From the NCBI GenBank assembly GCA_963718435.1, contig CAVQZQ010000085.1, positions 1 to 55,444 on the forward strand: 55,444 bases of DNA, in the 5' to 3' direction. This stretch comes from an uncultured Acidobacteriota bacterium (GTDB lineage: Bacteria > Acidobacteriota > Terriglobia > Terriglobales > Acidobacteriaceae). Below, piece by piece: positions 1 through 10,338 of the stretch. The notes below the pieces were generated by a model. The model was given only the letters and a program-made list of their open reading frames with translations. It had not been told where the DNA came from and did not search any database. Numbering within the stretch: the first letter of the stretch is position 1; each line of letters opens with the position of its first letter. The position numbers were made by a program, and so were the translations under genes.

Positions 1-500
1 AGGTCGCGCGACTCGAACCGCTGGAACAGCGACGCGGTGATGACGGGGGCGGGCACGCCCTCGTCAATCGCGGCCTCCACCGTCCACCGGCCCTCGCCGG
101 AGTCGGAACACCCGGCCGCCGAAGTCGTCCAGGTTCGGCGACTTGGCGAGCGCCGCGGCGGTCAGGTCGATGACCAGGAGGAGATCACCGACCCGCGCCG
201 CCACACCTCGGCGACGTCGGCGAGGTTCATCTCGTACTGGTAGGCCTCGGGGTCGCGCAGCGGCGTGTTCTCCGCGTCGTGCGTGGCGTTCTTCTGCAGG
301 CCGATGTCGGCCCCCTTGATACCGACAGCCCCTCGGCGATCGCGGCCATCAGCCGTCCTCGATGCCGTTGTGCACCATCTTGACGAAGTGCCCGGCGCCG
401 GACGGCCCGCAGTGCAGGTACCCCTGGGACGCCTGGGACCCCGGGGGGGCGCCCCGGCGTCGGCTCGACGCTGCCCTCACCGGGCGCGATCGACTTGAAG
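1..500 (-). pseudogene. gnd: 6-phosphogluconate dehydrogenase (decarboxylating) fragment, N-terminally truncated, with at least 3 frameshifts
   Basis: Reverse-strand translation gives [16 protein letters not shown] (349-395), [41 protein letters not shown] and [33 protein letters not shown] in three different frames. These are classic 6PGDH motifs. GC is about 72% with GC-rich third positions, unlike the rest of the window. One frameshift sits at a G7 run (about 437-447). Confidence 0.6.
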
Positions 501-519
501 ACGGAGTCGAAATTGGGAA

Positions 520-1506
520 GGGCTGGCAGGGGAATCTTTGCCGTTGCACAGGATTCATCCGCGATCTTCGAATCGGTCGTTGCGGCGGCCGCGCACATGC
601 CGAGTTCAAACGCCAGAGCCGGCAGGTGCGCGGTAACGCAGGCGCATGAACTTATCGCGCCCGGCAGCCTGTCGGGCGTGCTGGAATTGCTGGCTGCCGC
701 GCCGGGAAAGTGGACACCAATTGCGGGCGGCACCGAATTGATGGTGGCCCATGCTGCGGGGAAGCTGAACGCGAGCAAACTGATCAGCCTGTGGGGCGTT
801 CCCGAGTTGCGCATTGTCGAGGTGACGCGAGACTGTAATGCCATTGGCGGCAGGCACGACATTTTCCGACTTGCGCGGCGATGGCGGCGATTGCGACGAG
901 AGTCTCCCGCTGCTGGACAAGGCGGCTAGTTGGATCGGGGCGATCGCGAACCAAACCGTGCGACCATTGGCGGCAACCTTGTGAACGGATCGCCGGCAGC
1001 GGATTCATCACCCGCGCTGCTGGTCTATGATGCGGAACTGGAATTGGTTTCGACGCGCGGAAAGCGGCGAATCCCTTACCCGGAGTTTCACACGGGCTAC
1101 AAGTCGTTGCGCACTGGCTGCGGATGAACTGCTTTTGGCGATTCATTTGCCGCGACGGTTTGCACAACATCGACAATATATTCGCAAGGTGGGCACGCGG
1201 CGCGCGATGGCGATTGCAAAGGTTGCACTGGCCGGTACAGCGCTGTTGAGGGATGGTGTGGTCAGCGAAATCCGACTGGCGGCCGCCAGCCTTGCGCCAT
1301 TTCCGATAAGGCTAATGCAAACCGAAGGCGTGCTGCTGGAACGCGCGATTACGCCTGATCGGATTCAAGTGGCGCGCCAGGCGATGCTTGCCGAGGCGAA
1401 ACCCATCGACGATATTCGCTCGACTGCGGAGTATCGTCGGCGCGTCAGCGCGAACCTGCTGGAAGAGTTCCTGCTCGAGTTGCGGCCGAAAGAGTTGTCG
1501 CAATGA
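520..1506 (+). pseudogene. xdhA: Xanthine dehydrogenase XdhA-like (end of 2Fe-2S domain fused to FAD-binding/CO-dehydrogenase flavoprotein domain); 5'-truncated, one in-frame TAG, at least 2 frameshifts
   Basis: GNLCRCTGF (end of the 2Fe-2S small-subunit motif) in frame 2 at about 528-554, then IAGGTELMV and IGGNLVNGSPAADSSPALLVYDAELEL FAD-domain motifs in the frames of ORFs 495..929 and 930..1127. An in-frame TAG lies at 927-929. The C-terminal CO-DH flavoprotein domain is in ORF 1027..1506 (RSTAEYRRRVSANLLEEFL). The stop overlaps the uraD start (ATGA). Confidence 0.6.
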
Positions 1507-2012
1507 ATGCGAATCTCGCAGAGTGGAATGAAGAGCCCCAGGCGGCGGCAATGGATAGGATGATTGCGTGTTGCGGCGCGCGGCGATGGGCAGAGGCGAT
1601 GGTGGCTCTGCGACCGTTGAACAACATTGTGGATTTGAGCACGGAGGCGGACCGCGTGTGGAGCAGGATGGAAGAAGCCGATTGGATGGAAGCATTCGCG
1701 TGCCATCCGCGGATTGGCGAACGGAAGGCGGCGCATGCCACTGCGAAGTCGATGGCGTGGTCGCGACAGGAACAAGCGTCGGCTGCGGATGCGGCTGAAC
1801 AGGTGATGGCTGAGTTGGCCGAGGGCAACAAACTCTATGAGGAGCGATTCGGCTTTACATACATCGTGTGCGCCACGGGCAAGAGCGCCGAAGAGATGCT
1901 GGCGATTCTGAACCGACGGCTGACACGCGACCGCACGACCGAGTTGGGTGAAGCGGTGGAACAACAAAGGCAAATCATGCAAATCCGACTGGGAAAGTGG
2001 CTAGCTTCATGA
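1503..2012 (+). CDS. uraD: OHCU decarboxylase (2-oxo-4-hydroxy-4-carboxy-5-ureidoimidazoline decarboxylase)
   Basis: 169-aa ORF with FGFTYIVCATGKSAEEML and other OHCU decarboxylase motifs. Its start overlaps the xdhA stop (ATGA) and its stop overlaps the uraH start (ATGA). Confidence 0.8.
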   Translation: MNANLAEWNEEPQAAAMDRMIACCGARRWAEAMVALRPLNNIVDLSTEADRVWSRMEEADWMEAFACHPRIGERKAAHATAKSMAWSRQEQASAADAAEQVMAELAEGNKLYEERFGFTYIVCATGKSAEEMLAILNRRLTRDRTTELGEAVEQQRQIMQIRLGKWLAS

Positions 2013-2338
2013 GCAGAATTACGACGCACGTTCTGGATACAGTTCTGGGCAAGCCGGCTGGCGGGGTTGCCGTGCGCCTTGAGATGAAGCATGGCGCTGC
2101 TTGGACCGCGATTTCGGCGGGCGAGACCGATGTGGATGGACGCTGCAACAATCTTGCGCTGGATGCGGACGCCGGCGAATATCGACTGACCTTCGCCACG
2201 GGTGCTTACCTGGCGCGGAATGGGCGGACCGGCATTTTTCCAGAGATTGCAATTACGTTTATGTGCGGAGGCGAGGCGCATAATCATCTGCCGCTCTTGT
2301 TGAGCGATAACAGCTACACGACCTATCGAGGAAGCTGA
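2009..2338 (+). CDS. uraH: 5-hydroxyisourate hydrolase (transthyretin-like)
   Basis: SRITTHVLDTVLGKPAGGVAVRLE N-terminus and the C-terminal YTTYRGS signature tetrapeptide of HIU hydrolases. ATG at 2009 overlaps the uraD TGA. Confidence 0.85.
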   Translation: MSRITTHVLDTVLGKPAGGVAVRLEMKHGAAWTAISAGETDVDGRCNNLALDADAGEYRLTFATGAYLARNGRTGIFPEIAITFMCGGEAHNHLPLLLSDNSYTTYRGS

Positions 2339-2340
2339 GA

Positions 2341-3183
2341 ATGGCAAGACTGGGCGAGAATCGCTATGGAAAGTCCCGCGTGCGCCTGTCGCGGATTACG
2401 CGGCACGCGGACCATCACGAATTTAACGAGTGGACCGTGAGGGTGCTGCTGGAAGGGGATTTCGAAGCCAGCTTTACCGCCGCCGACAACAGCAAGATTC
2501 TGCCCACCGACACGATGAAGAACACCGTCTACTTCATTGCGCGCAATTCAAAGGCGGAGACGATTGAGGAGTTCGCAATGGAACTTGGCGATTATTTGCT
2601 CGAGAACAATGCGCAGGTGTCCGGAGTCCTCGTCGAGATTGAAGAGAAAAGCTGGGAGCACATGGTCGTGGATGGAGTGCCGGATGCGACGACATTCAAG
2701 TTAAATGGGCCGGAGGTGAAAACGGTGCGCGCTGTTCGAGATCAGGGTCGCGAGTGGTCTGTCACTTCGGGCGTTGACGGACTGGTCATTCTGAAGACCA
2801 CAAAATCGGCATTTACCGGATACATTAAAGACAGGCTGACTACGCTGAAGCCCGCCACAGATCGCATCTTCGGAACGCGTGCAACTGTGACGTGGGATTA
2901 CGCAGCGGCGGATCCCGGATATGCAAAAGTGCGATCGACTGTGGTGGCAACGCTGCTGAAGGAGTTTGCCGCGCACGACAGCATGAGCGTGCAGCACACG
3001 CTGTTTGATATGGGCAAGGCGGCGCTCGACGCGGCTCCGGAGATTGCGCGTATCACGCTGACGATGCCCAACCTGCACCATCTGCTTGCAGACCTGAGCC
3101 CGTTTGGTCAGGACAATCCGAATCACATTTTTGTGCCGATTGACGAGCCGCATGGGTACATCGAAGCCACGGTCGAACGCTGA
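2341..3183 (+). CDS. uox: Urate oxidase (uricase)
   Basis: 280-aa ORF. It starts MARLGENRYGKSRVRL and ends with the uricase-type MPNLHHL motif. GAGGAAG RBS sits 6 nt upstream. It is the last gene of the urate-to-allantoin operon. Confidence 0.85.
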   Translation: MARLGENRYGKSRVRLSRITRHADHHEFNEWTVRVLLEGDFEASFTAADNSKILPTDTMKNTVYFIARNSKAETIEEFAMELGDYLLENNAQVSGVLVEIEEKSWEHMVVDGVPDATTFKLNGPEVKTVRAVRDQGREWSVTSGVDGLVILKTTKSAFTGYIKDRLTTLKPATDRIFGTRATVTWDYAAADPGYAKVRSTVVATLLKEFAAHDSMSVQHTLFDMGKAALDAAPEIARITLTMPNLHHLLADLSPFGQDNPNHIFVPIDEPHGYIEATVER

Positions 3184-3186
3184 GAG

Positions 3187-3770
3187 CTAATCGAGTTGGG
3201 CGAGATCGTCGGGAATGTCGATGTCCAATTCGCCACCTTCAAATGGAAGCGCAATCACGGGGCAGGGCGGCTGAATCATCAGCGAACGCGCACCTTTGTC
3301 GCCGCGAAGTGCGTGCAAATCGGGAAAGACCGACCGGGAAAAACGGCCGGAACGCCCTGGGCGCCCGAATAGGAAGAGGCAACGATCGAGGGCGTCGGCT
3401 GCGCTGCAAACGATGTGAGCAATGCGTGCAGATGGATGGCAGTGAGGCGCGGCTGATCGCAACTCATGAGGAGCGCTCCAGGAGCATCGGGCGCCCGGAT
3501 ATCGAGTTCATGCAAACCGGCGTGGATGGAACTCGATAAGCCCTTTTCCCACTTGTCGTTGAGTACGGGGATGGCGTCATTGAACGGGATCATCGCGCGG
3601 ATGCGCTTGAAGTGAGCACCGAGCAGGACCACCACGGGCGTCGCTCCTGCCTCTTTGGCGACGCGAAGCGCGCGTTCAAGCAGGGTTTCTCCGCAATATT
3701 TGATCAGTTGCTTGGGTTGGCCGAGTCGGCGGCTCGCACCGGCAGCAAGGATGAGGGCGGGGACAGTCAT
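3187..3770 (-). pseudogene. mocA: MobA-like molybdenum cofactor cytidylyltransferase (MocA/CoxI-like), one frameshift near 3290-3330
   Basis: MTVPALILAAGASRRLGQPKQLIKYCGETLLERAL nucleotidyltransferase N-terminus in ORF 3279..3968. The conserved C-terminus FPDLHALRGDKGARSLM is in the overlapping ORF 3187..3462 in another frame. Confidence 0.55.
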
Positions 3771-3845
3771 CGGCACCAGTGTATCGCGCACATCTTGACT
3801 TCGCGGTTCATCACGGGCAAGACTAGAGCAACCTGTTGACAAGCA

Positions 3846-5267
3846 TTGAAGGGCGGATCGGTGACCGACCAGACGAGCGCTGTGGGCGAAGTGTATGCGC
3901 AGCAAGCCGCGCCTGAAAATTATGGCCTGCATGGCGGTGTGCTTGGTCCAATCGAAACGCTGGCGCAATCGATCTCTGCGGTGGCGCCCTCTACGTCGCC
4001 ATCTTTGACCATTCCGCTGGTTTTCGCGCTGGCCGGCAACGCGACATGGTTTGTGTACCTGATGGCCACGGGGGCGATTCTGCTGGTGGGGTTCTGCGTG
4101 AGCCGGTTTGCGCGGATGTCGGCCTCGCCGGGATCGCTCTACACGTATACCGCGAATACGCTGCCGCCTGTTTTTGGCGTCACCGCCGCATGGGGATTGC
4201 TGCTGGCCTACCTGGCCACGGGCGCGTCGGTGGCCGGCGGAGCGCTCTATTACATCAACCTGCTTTCACTGCAGTTTCTTCACTGGACGCCGCCCGCATT
4301 GCCCGTTCTTGCGGTTGTCTGCGTGGCCGCTGGATTGGTGGCTTATCGCGACGTGAAGCTCTCCGCCGAACTAATGCTTTGGATCGAAGTGTGCTCCGTC
4401 AGCCTGATTGTCGTGGTGTTGGCGGTGATGCCGATCCGTTTCGGGTTGCACATCGATATGGATCAGTTCCGCCTGAGGGGTGTGTCTTTTTCCGCGCTGG
4501 GACCGGCGCTGGTGCTGTCGATGTTCAGTTTCGTTGGTTTTGAGAGCGCGACGACACTGGGCAGCGAGGCGCGCAACCCGCTGCGCACCATTCCCCGCGC
4601 GGTGCTGCAATCGGCGGTCATTGCCGGTGTGTTCTTCATGCTCTGTTCGTACTCCGAGGTGCTGGGGTTCCGCGGCGAATCGGGGAAGCTGAGCGAATCC
4701 ACCAGCCCGCTGCACCTGCTGGCCACGAGGGCGGGCGTGCCTACGTTGGGTATGGCCATCGACTTTGGCGCGCTGGTCAGCATGGTGGCGTGTGTTCTGG
4801 CCTGTGCTACGGCGGCTGCTCGCGTGCTGATGCGGATGGCGCATGGCAGGCTGATTCCAACCGCATTTGAGCGCACCAGCCCGAAGCACGGCACGCCTGG
4901 GGCGGCGATTGCCTTGAGTATCGGGATCATGTTCGGGGCCACTGCCATGATGCAACTGCGCGGTTTTACGGGCTCCGAGATGTACGACCTGCTGGGGTCG
5001 CTTTCGGTGTTTGGCTTCCTCACCGCGTACGCGCTTGTGGCGCTCGCGCTGCCTTTTGCGCGGCGGGCGCTGGGACAGCATTCGCACGCGGTTGCCGCGA
5101 TCAGCATTCTTACCGTGGTGGTGCTTCTCCTGATCACTGTTTTCGATCTGCGGTCGACGTCCGATGCGATTCATGCGCGGATCCCTTACATTTATCTCGG
5201 ATATATCGGCGCGGGAATTGCGTGGTACGCGTTGCGACGCAAGCGAGCCTCCGTTCCAGCCGCCTGA
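3846..5267 (+). CDS. APC-family amino acid permease
   Basis: 473-aa ORF with about 12 hydrophobic segments and APC-type motifs (FALAGNATWFVYL, GFESATTLGSEARNP). TTG start at 3846; an alternative GTG lies at 3861. Confidence 0.7.
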   Translation: MKGGSVTDQTSAVGEVYAQQAAPENYGLHGGVLGPIETLAQSISAVAPSTSPSLTIPLVFALAGNATWFVYLMATGAILLVGFCVSRFARMSASPGSLYTYTANTLPPVFGVTAAWGLLLAYLATGASVAGGALYYINLLSLQFLHWTPPALPVLAVVCVAAGLVAYRDVKLSAELMLWIEVCSVSLIVVVLAVMPIRFGLHIDMDQFRLRGVSFSALGPALVLSMFSFVGFESATTLGSEARNPLRTIPRAVLQSAVIAGVFFMLCSYSEVLGFRGESGKLSESTSPLHLLATRAGVPTLGMAIDFGALVSMVACVLACATAAARVLMRMAHGRLIPTAFERTSPKHGTPGAAIALSIGIMFGATAMMQLRGFTGSEMYDLLGSLSVFGFLTAYALVALALPFARRALGQHSHAVAAISILTVVVLLLITVFDLRSTSDAIHARIPYIYLGYIGAGIAWYALRRKRASVPAA

Positions 5268-5271
5268 GGCG

Positions 5272-5856
5272 TCATGGTTGGGACTCTGTGTCGGGCTGCA
5301 AAATGAGCAACAACACAAGCCCCACGACAACGAACATGCGGAATGCGGCTTCGCGGCCATCCCATGTGTGCGATTGCCACATGAGGAACCATTCTCCACC
5401 GATGGATAGAAACGCCACGAGCCACATCAGCATCGAGAGGGCGAGCGCCATGACCGGCACGCGTTTGGCTGCGTTGAAGGCGGGCGCGGGTTTCTTGAGA
5501 GCCCGGAGCAAGTTCAGCGCGCCCCACCATAGCAGGATTGTGTCGGCGATCTCCCAGGCGATGATGGACAGGTAAAAGGCTAACTGGATTGCCGGAGACG
5601 GCAGAGCTCGCCACATGCCGTGATTGCCGGGAATGGTGCCGTCCATCGCGAGAACATGATGGACAAACTGGTAGTTCGAGTCGAAGTCGGTGAGGTTGTT
5701 GAAGACGACCAGCGTGTAGTACAGGGCAATGGCTGCCAGCAAGAGCATCTTGGCGGTGCGGGTAATCACGAAGGCGACCTCAAGGAGCGGCTTTCCGAAT
5801 CGGCGAATGGCGGGGCCGCTGACTCCAGCGCCACCTTGGCTTTCGGCATGGCTCAT
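5272..5856 (-). CDS. DUF2165-family small integral membrane protein
   Basis: LLLAAIALYYTLVVFNNLTDFDSNYQFVHHVLAMDGTIPGN matches the DUF2165 N-terminal signature, and the protein has 4 TM segments. Start chosen at the internal Met (MSHAES); exact start uncertain. Confidence 0.5.
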   Translation of the reverse strand: MSHAESQGGAGVSGPAIRRFGKPLLEVAFVITRTAKMLLLAAIALYYTLVVFNNLTDFDSNYQFVHHVLAMDGTIPGNHGMWRALPSPAIQLAFYLSIIAWEIADTILLWWGALNLLRALKKPAPAFNAAKRVPVMALALSMLMWLVAFLSIGGEWFLMWQSHTWDGREAAFRMFVVVGLVLLLILQPDTESQP

Positions 5857-6275
5857 GCTAACTGGCAGCCGGCCGAAATCCAAAGTCCCAGCGGCTTGTG
5901 TGGGCACGTATTCGCTGCAGGTTAGGGAAAATTCAGGCGAAATTGAACGATTTCAGCAGCTTTTCTTCTCATTTGCGGACGCCTGAACTTGGTTTGGGCA
6001 CGACCGGGCAGAGGCGCGTTGCCGCGCGCAGCGTGGGCCCGGAGGGCAGTAATTTTTTAGACGATCCTTATACCGGAGCGGCTATTCTATAGTTGCCCTT
6101 TAGCCCAAACTTAAGCCAAATCCCGGCAACGGGCAAAACGCGATCGGACCCTCAATTTTTCCGCTTTTTTTTGAACGTTCAGCACTCCAGATTTCAAACT
6201 CACTCCAAGGCTGTTGGTCCCTCCAAGAGACCTTGGGAATTTTCATTTCAGAGGCCATTCGACTTGAGGTATTCC

Positions 6276-9200
6276 ATGCATATTTTCTCCTCTCTGCATT
6301 CCCGGCTGCCGGCAATCGCGGCAGCCGTTGCGCTGTGTAGCTTTCCAGTGTTGGCACAGCAGACGCTCGGCGGCATCAGCGGCACGGTGACAGACCCGAA
6401 TGGGGGCGTGATTCCGAATGCCGGGGTGACGGCTGTGGGCGAGCAGACGGCGTTGACGCGCACTGCATCGACGAACGGCTCGGGGGGGTATTCGTTTGTG
6501 AATCTTCCCATCGGCACCTACACGCTGACGTACACGGCTGAAGGATTCCAAATCCAAAAGACCCCGCACATCACGGTGCAGGCCGATCGCACGGTCACGC
6601 TGAATGCCGAACTGAAGGTCGCGGCGGCCAAGGGCGACACCGTCGTGGTGGAAGGCTCACCGCTGATGAATGCCGTGGACACGACAGTGGGCTATGTGCT
6701 GGACAAGACGCAGATCGATGCGGTGCCGCTGGCTACAGGCAGCTTCACGGGCCTGGCTACGCAATCGACCGGGGTGAGCGCGGAGTTTGGCGGCGGAACG
6801 GGCGCGAATTCGGGTCTTGGCAATGCTCCGATCTGGGCCAACGGGCAGAGGGACACTTCGAATTCCTTCGTGCTGAACGGAGTGGACGCCAGCAACCTCT
6901 TCAACGGCAAAAGCACAAGCCAGGTGGCTTCGGCCCGCGTAATCAATAGCACGGGCGTGTCTTCGAGCACAGGGGCCGGGGGCGTGATTCCTTCTTCCGC
7001 TTCCATTTATCTCTCGATCGGCAACGCTATTCCCACTCCAGCACCTGAAACGATCGCAGAAGTTCGCGTGAACGCCTCGATGTACGACGCGCAGCAGGGA
7101 TCGACATCGGGCGCGCACATCGATCTGAGCACAGCTTCGGGCACAAACAATCTGCACGGCACGGCGTACGTTCACCGCGGCACGAGCTGGCTCAACGCGG
7201 CGCCGTTCTTCTTCAACCAGGACCCGGACATTCCGGCCTACAACAAGGTTCCGGAGATGCACCGCTACACTGCAGGCGGCGCTGCGGGCGGCCCGCTGAT
7301 CAAGGACAAACTGTTCGGCTTCGTCTCGTACCAGCACTTGCAGGAGTCGGATCAGGAGATCGGCGACTCGGTGCTGGATGTGCCTGTGGGCCTGAGCGAC
7401 GACCGCTCTGCCGATGGCCTGGCGAACGTGTCCAATAACTCGTTTTGCACCGCGTACGACGAGGCCAATTTTGGCTGCACTCCCATTACGGCGGCCAATA
7501 TCGACCGCACTGCGCTGGCCCTGTTCAACTCGCCTGCTCTTCCGGGTGAACCGGGTAAGTGGCTGATTCCCAATGACGCGCTGGCTGCCGCCAACCTGCC
7601 GCCGCCGAGCGCGGCCCATATCGACAACGCATTCATCCCCGGAACAGGACGGTTCAAGGCAGATCTAATCGTGGGCGATCTGGATTACAACGCCAGCAAG
7701 AAAGACACGCTCAGTTTGAAGTACTTTTACCAGCATGATCCGACGCTTTCGCCCTACTCCTACTCAAGTGTGCCCGGATTTACGGAGCACCTGGACTCGG
7801 GCGCGCAGGTGTTCTCGATCATCAACACCTTGATCGTGAAGTCGAACCTGAGCACGACGCAGACACTCGGAGCGATTCGCGAGAAGAACTACGGGGACAA
7901 CGAACAGCCCTTTGGCCCCGATTCGATTCCCGGCGGGACGGCAGGCAATGGGGCCATCAACATGTTCGGATCGAAATATTTCCCCGGCATTTCCGTGTAC
8001 AACGTGCTGGGTGACTATCAGCCCTCCGGATTCCCAACGGCCATCCTGAATATCGGACCCAACGCGGAAGGGCAATCTTCCAATACAGGGATGTTCCAGA
8101 ATCGCCTGGCTCCTTCGGCCAACGCGATCTGGATCATCGGGAAACACACCTTGAGCTTCGGCGCCAGCTATACCTACACGCAGCTCAATACGATCGACAA
8201 GCGCACCGGTACTGGCACCATTGCGACGGACGACTTGAGCCAGATGGTGCAGGGCTTCGTGACGCCCGGCAGCTCTGCTACCGGCTTCTATGTCAGCTCT
8301 TTCCTGCAGGGCAACGCGAACCGATACTACCGCGCCAATCAGCTTGGGACGTATCTGCAGGACAAATGGCAGGTGAAGCCGAATCTCTCGCTCACGGCGG
8401 GCGTGCGCTATGACTGGGACGGAGGCCTGACGGAGAAGTATGGGCGCATCTTCAACTTCGACGCGAGCCGGTACAACTACAATTCAGCCTCGGACGTGAT
8501 TGAAAATACCGGACTGATCATTGCCGGCAACAACGCGAATGGCACTTCCGGCGTGAGCCCGACGACCCTGACCGGCCGTCAATGGGGCATCGCCCCGCGC
8601 GTGGGCGCGGCGTGGCAGCCGGGCATGTTCCACAACAAGGTAGTGGTGCGCGCGGGCGCCGGGATGTACTACGACCGCGGAGAGCTTTTCAGCTACTTCT
8701 CGCCCGGGTATGCCATCGGCACGGTCACCGGCGGCCCTTTCGGCGTAAACCAGCAGCTTCCTTTCGTGAATGTTTCAAGCTGCCCGACTGCGTCGCAGTC
8801 GCTGTATGAGTACTACATTCCGACCTGCGGCGGGAACGGCGGTTTTGGCCCTCCGACGGGGCCGCCGACCGATGCGGAAGGCGATCTCTCAAACCCCTAT
8901 GGGACTGCTCTCCAATACGCGGCGCCCAACAGTCCGAAGGCATCTGACTTGAGCAACTACCTGCCCAACGCTTACAGCATCACGAACTTTGGCGATGGGG
9001 CGCCGGGCGTGATCAACAACGGCCAGCCGATTTCGCTGGGCGTCTACGACCGCAAGAACAAGCTGCCGTACACCTTCAACTACACGCTCGACTTTCAATG
9101 GCAGCCGCGCAACGATGTGGCGATTGAAGTGGGCTATGTAGGGAACGTGGGCCGCCACCAGGTGATTCCGGTGCCATTCAACCAGCCGACGATCGCCTCT

Positions 9201-10293
9201 CCTTCGAGCCCAGCGCTCGCGGGCAGTGCCTATCAGCAGAACTACAGCTATGGGTACAACGTCGGTGGAGAGGCTCTGCCCGACGGAAACTTCTACCAGG
9301 CGAATTATGAGGGCGGCAACGTCGATCTGCGCGTTCCTTACATCGGTTATGCGGCTGAATCCATCACTTACGTGGCCGCCGGTATCGACGCATACAACGC
9401 GCTGCAGGCACACGTTGACAAGCGCATGAGCCACGGCCTCCAGGTCGGGTTGTCCTATACCTAGTCGCATGCACTGGACGAGCAGAGCGGCCTGGGCCTG
9501 TTCTACAGCGGCAACAATCCTCTGAACCTGCGCAGCGGGTATGGCTCATCGGATTATCGACCGCACGCATGTCATCAACTTCAACTACGTCTTACCAGAT
9601 TCCGGGGATTGCCCGGCGAGCACTCCCTCGCCGGCAAGGTCGTCGACGGATGGTCGCTGATCGGCGACACCGTGCTGCAGAGCGGCCAGCCCTACAGCAT
9701 CATCGACTTCTCCGGCGCTGTCGGCAGCATTTATTACTCACGGCCGACGGCATCACCAACCCCATCGTGCCACTGGCGAAGGGCTGCACCGCCAAGAACG
9801 CCTTGACGGGCGCTTCCGGCGCATGGACACCCTCCGGCGGCCTACCGGCCCTGAAGACCTCCTGCTTCACTCTCCCGCTGCTGCCGCCAGGCGGCCTGAA
9901 CGGCGCCATCCCTACTTCCGATCCTTACGAAACCGGGTTCACGAACGGCCAGCGCAACATCTTCCGCCAGGCTTTCCAGAAGCGTGCAGATGCGTCGCTG
10001 GTGAAGGTTCTGCCGCTCCGCGAGAGGTACAACTGAAGTACACCTTCGACTTGTACAACCTGACGAACACCACGAGCCTCGATATTCCGGGAGCCGAGGT
10101 GTCACAAAACGCCGGCTACAACCCGTTCCCCGCAGGTACTTGGGACCAGCCCGTCGGCTCCCACACAGGCTCTTCCGACGTCCTGCGATTCCTCCAGCAC
10201 GGGGTTCTATGCCTGTCCTTCCGGGTTAGGTATTGTGACCCACACCATTGGCAGTCCGCGACAGATACAAATGTCGTTGCGGCTCGATTTTTG
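6276..10293 (+). CDS. TonB-dependent receptor with N-terminal carboxypeptidase regulatory-like domain; the 3' roughly 830 nt carries an in-frame TAG (9462-9464) and at least 4 frameshifts
   Basis: ATG at 6276 with a GAGGT RBS and a signal peptide (MHIFSSLHSRLPAIAAAVALCSFPVLAQQ). A CarboxypepD_reg-like beta-sandwich follows (ISGTVTDPNGGVIPNAGVTAV, GGYSFVNLPIGTYTL). An intact 1062-codon ORF runs to 9464. Receptor sequence continues in shifted frames (GKVVDGWSLIGDTVLQSGQPYSIIDFSG, QLKYTFDLYNLTNT) to the canonical C-terminus SPRQIQMSLRLDF* at 10293. Confidence 0.75.
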
Positions 10294-10307
10294 AGCTGAT
10301 CCCGGCA

Positions 10308-10338
10308 AACGCACAAAGGCCATCCTGCGCGGATGGCT
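10308..10338 (+). terminator. Rho-independent terminator after the TonB-dependent receptor
   Basis: GCCATCC tgcgc GGATGGC hairpin followed by TTTTGTGTGTTT. Confidence 0.5.

Noticed and set aside
227-862. 211-aa minus-strand ORF and other long ORFs in the first kilobase (37..243, 265..498)
   Set aside because: They are alternative-frame or antisense readings of the high-GC 6PGDH and xdhA remnants. They have no motifs of their own, and the lack of stops is expected at 72% GC.
4371-5399. 342-aa minus-strand ORF overlapping the APC permease
   Set aside because: Antisense to a well-supported 12-TM permease. The translation is Arg/His-rich low-complexity sequence.
6657-7619. 320-aa minus-strand ORF inside the TonB-dependent receptor
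   Set aside because: Antisense to the intact receptor frame, with an Arg-rich spurious translation.
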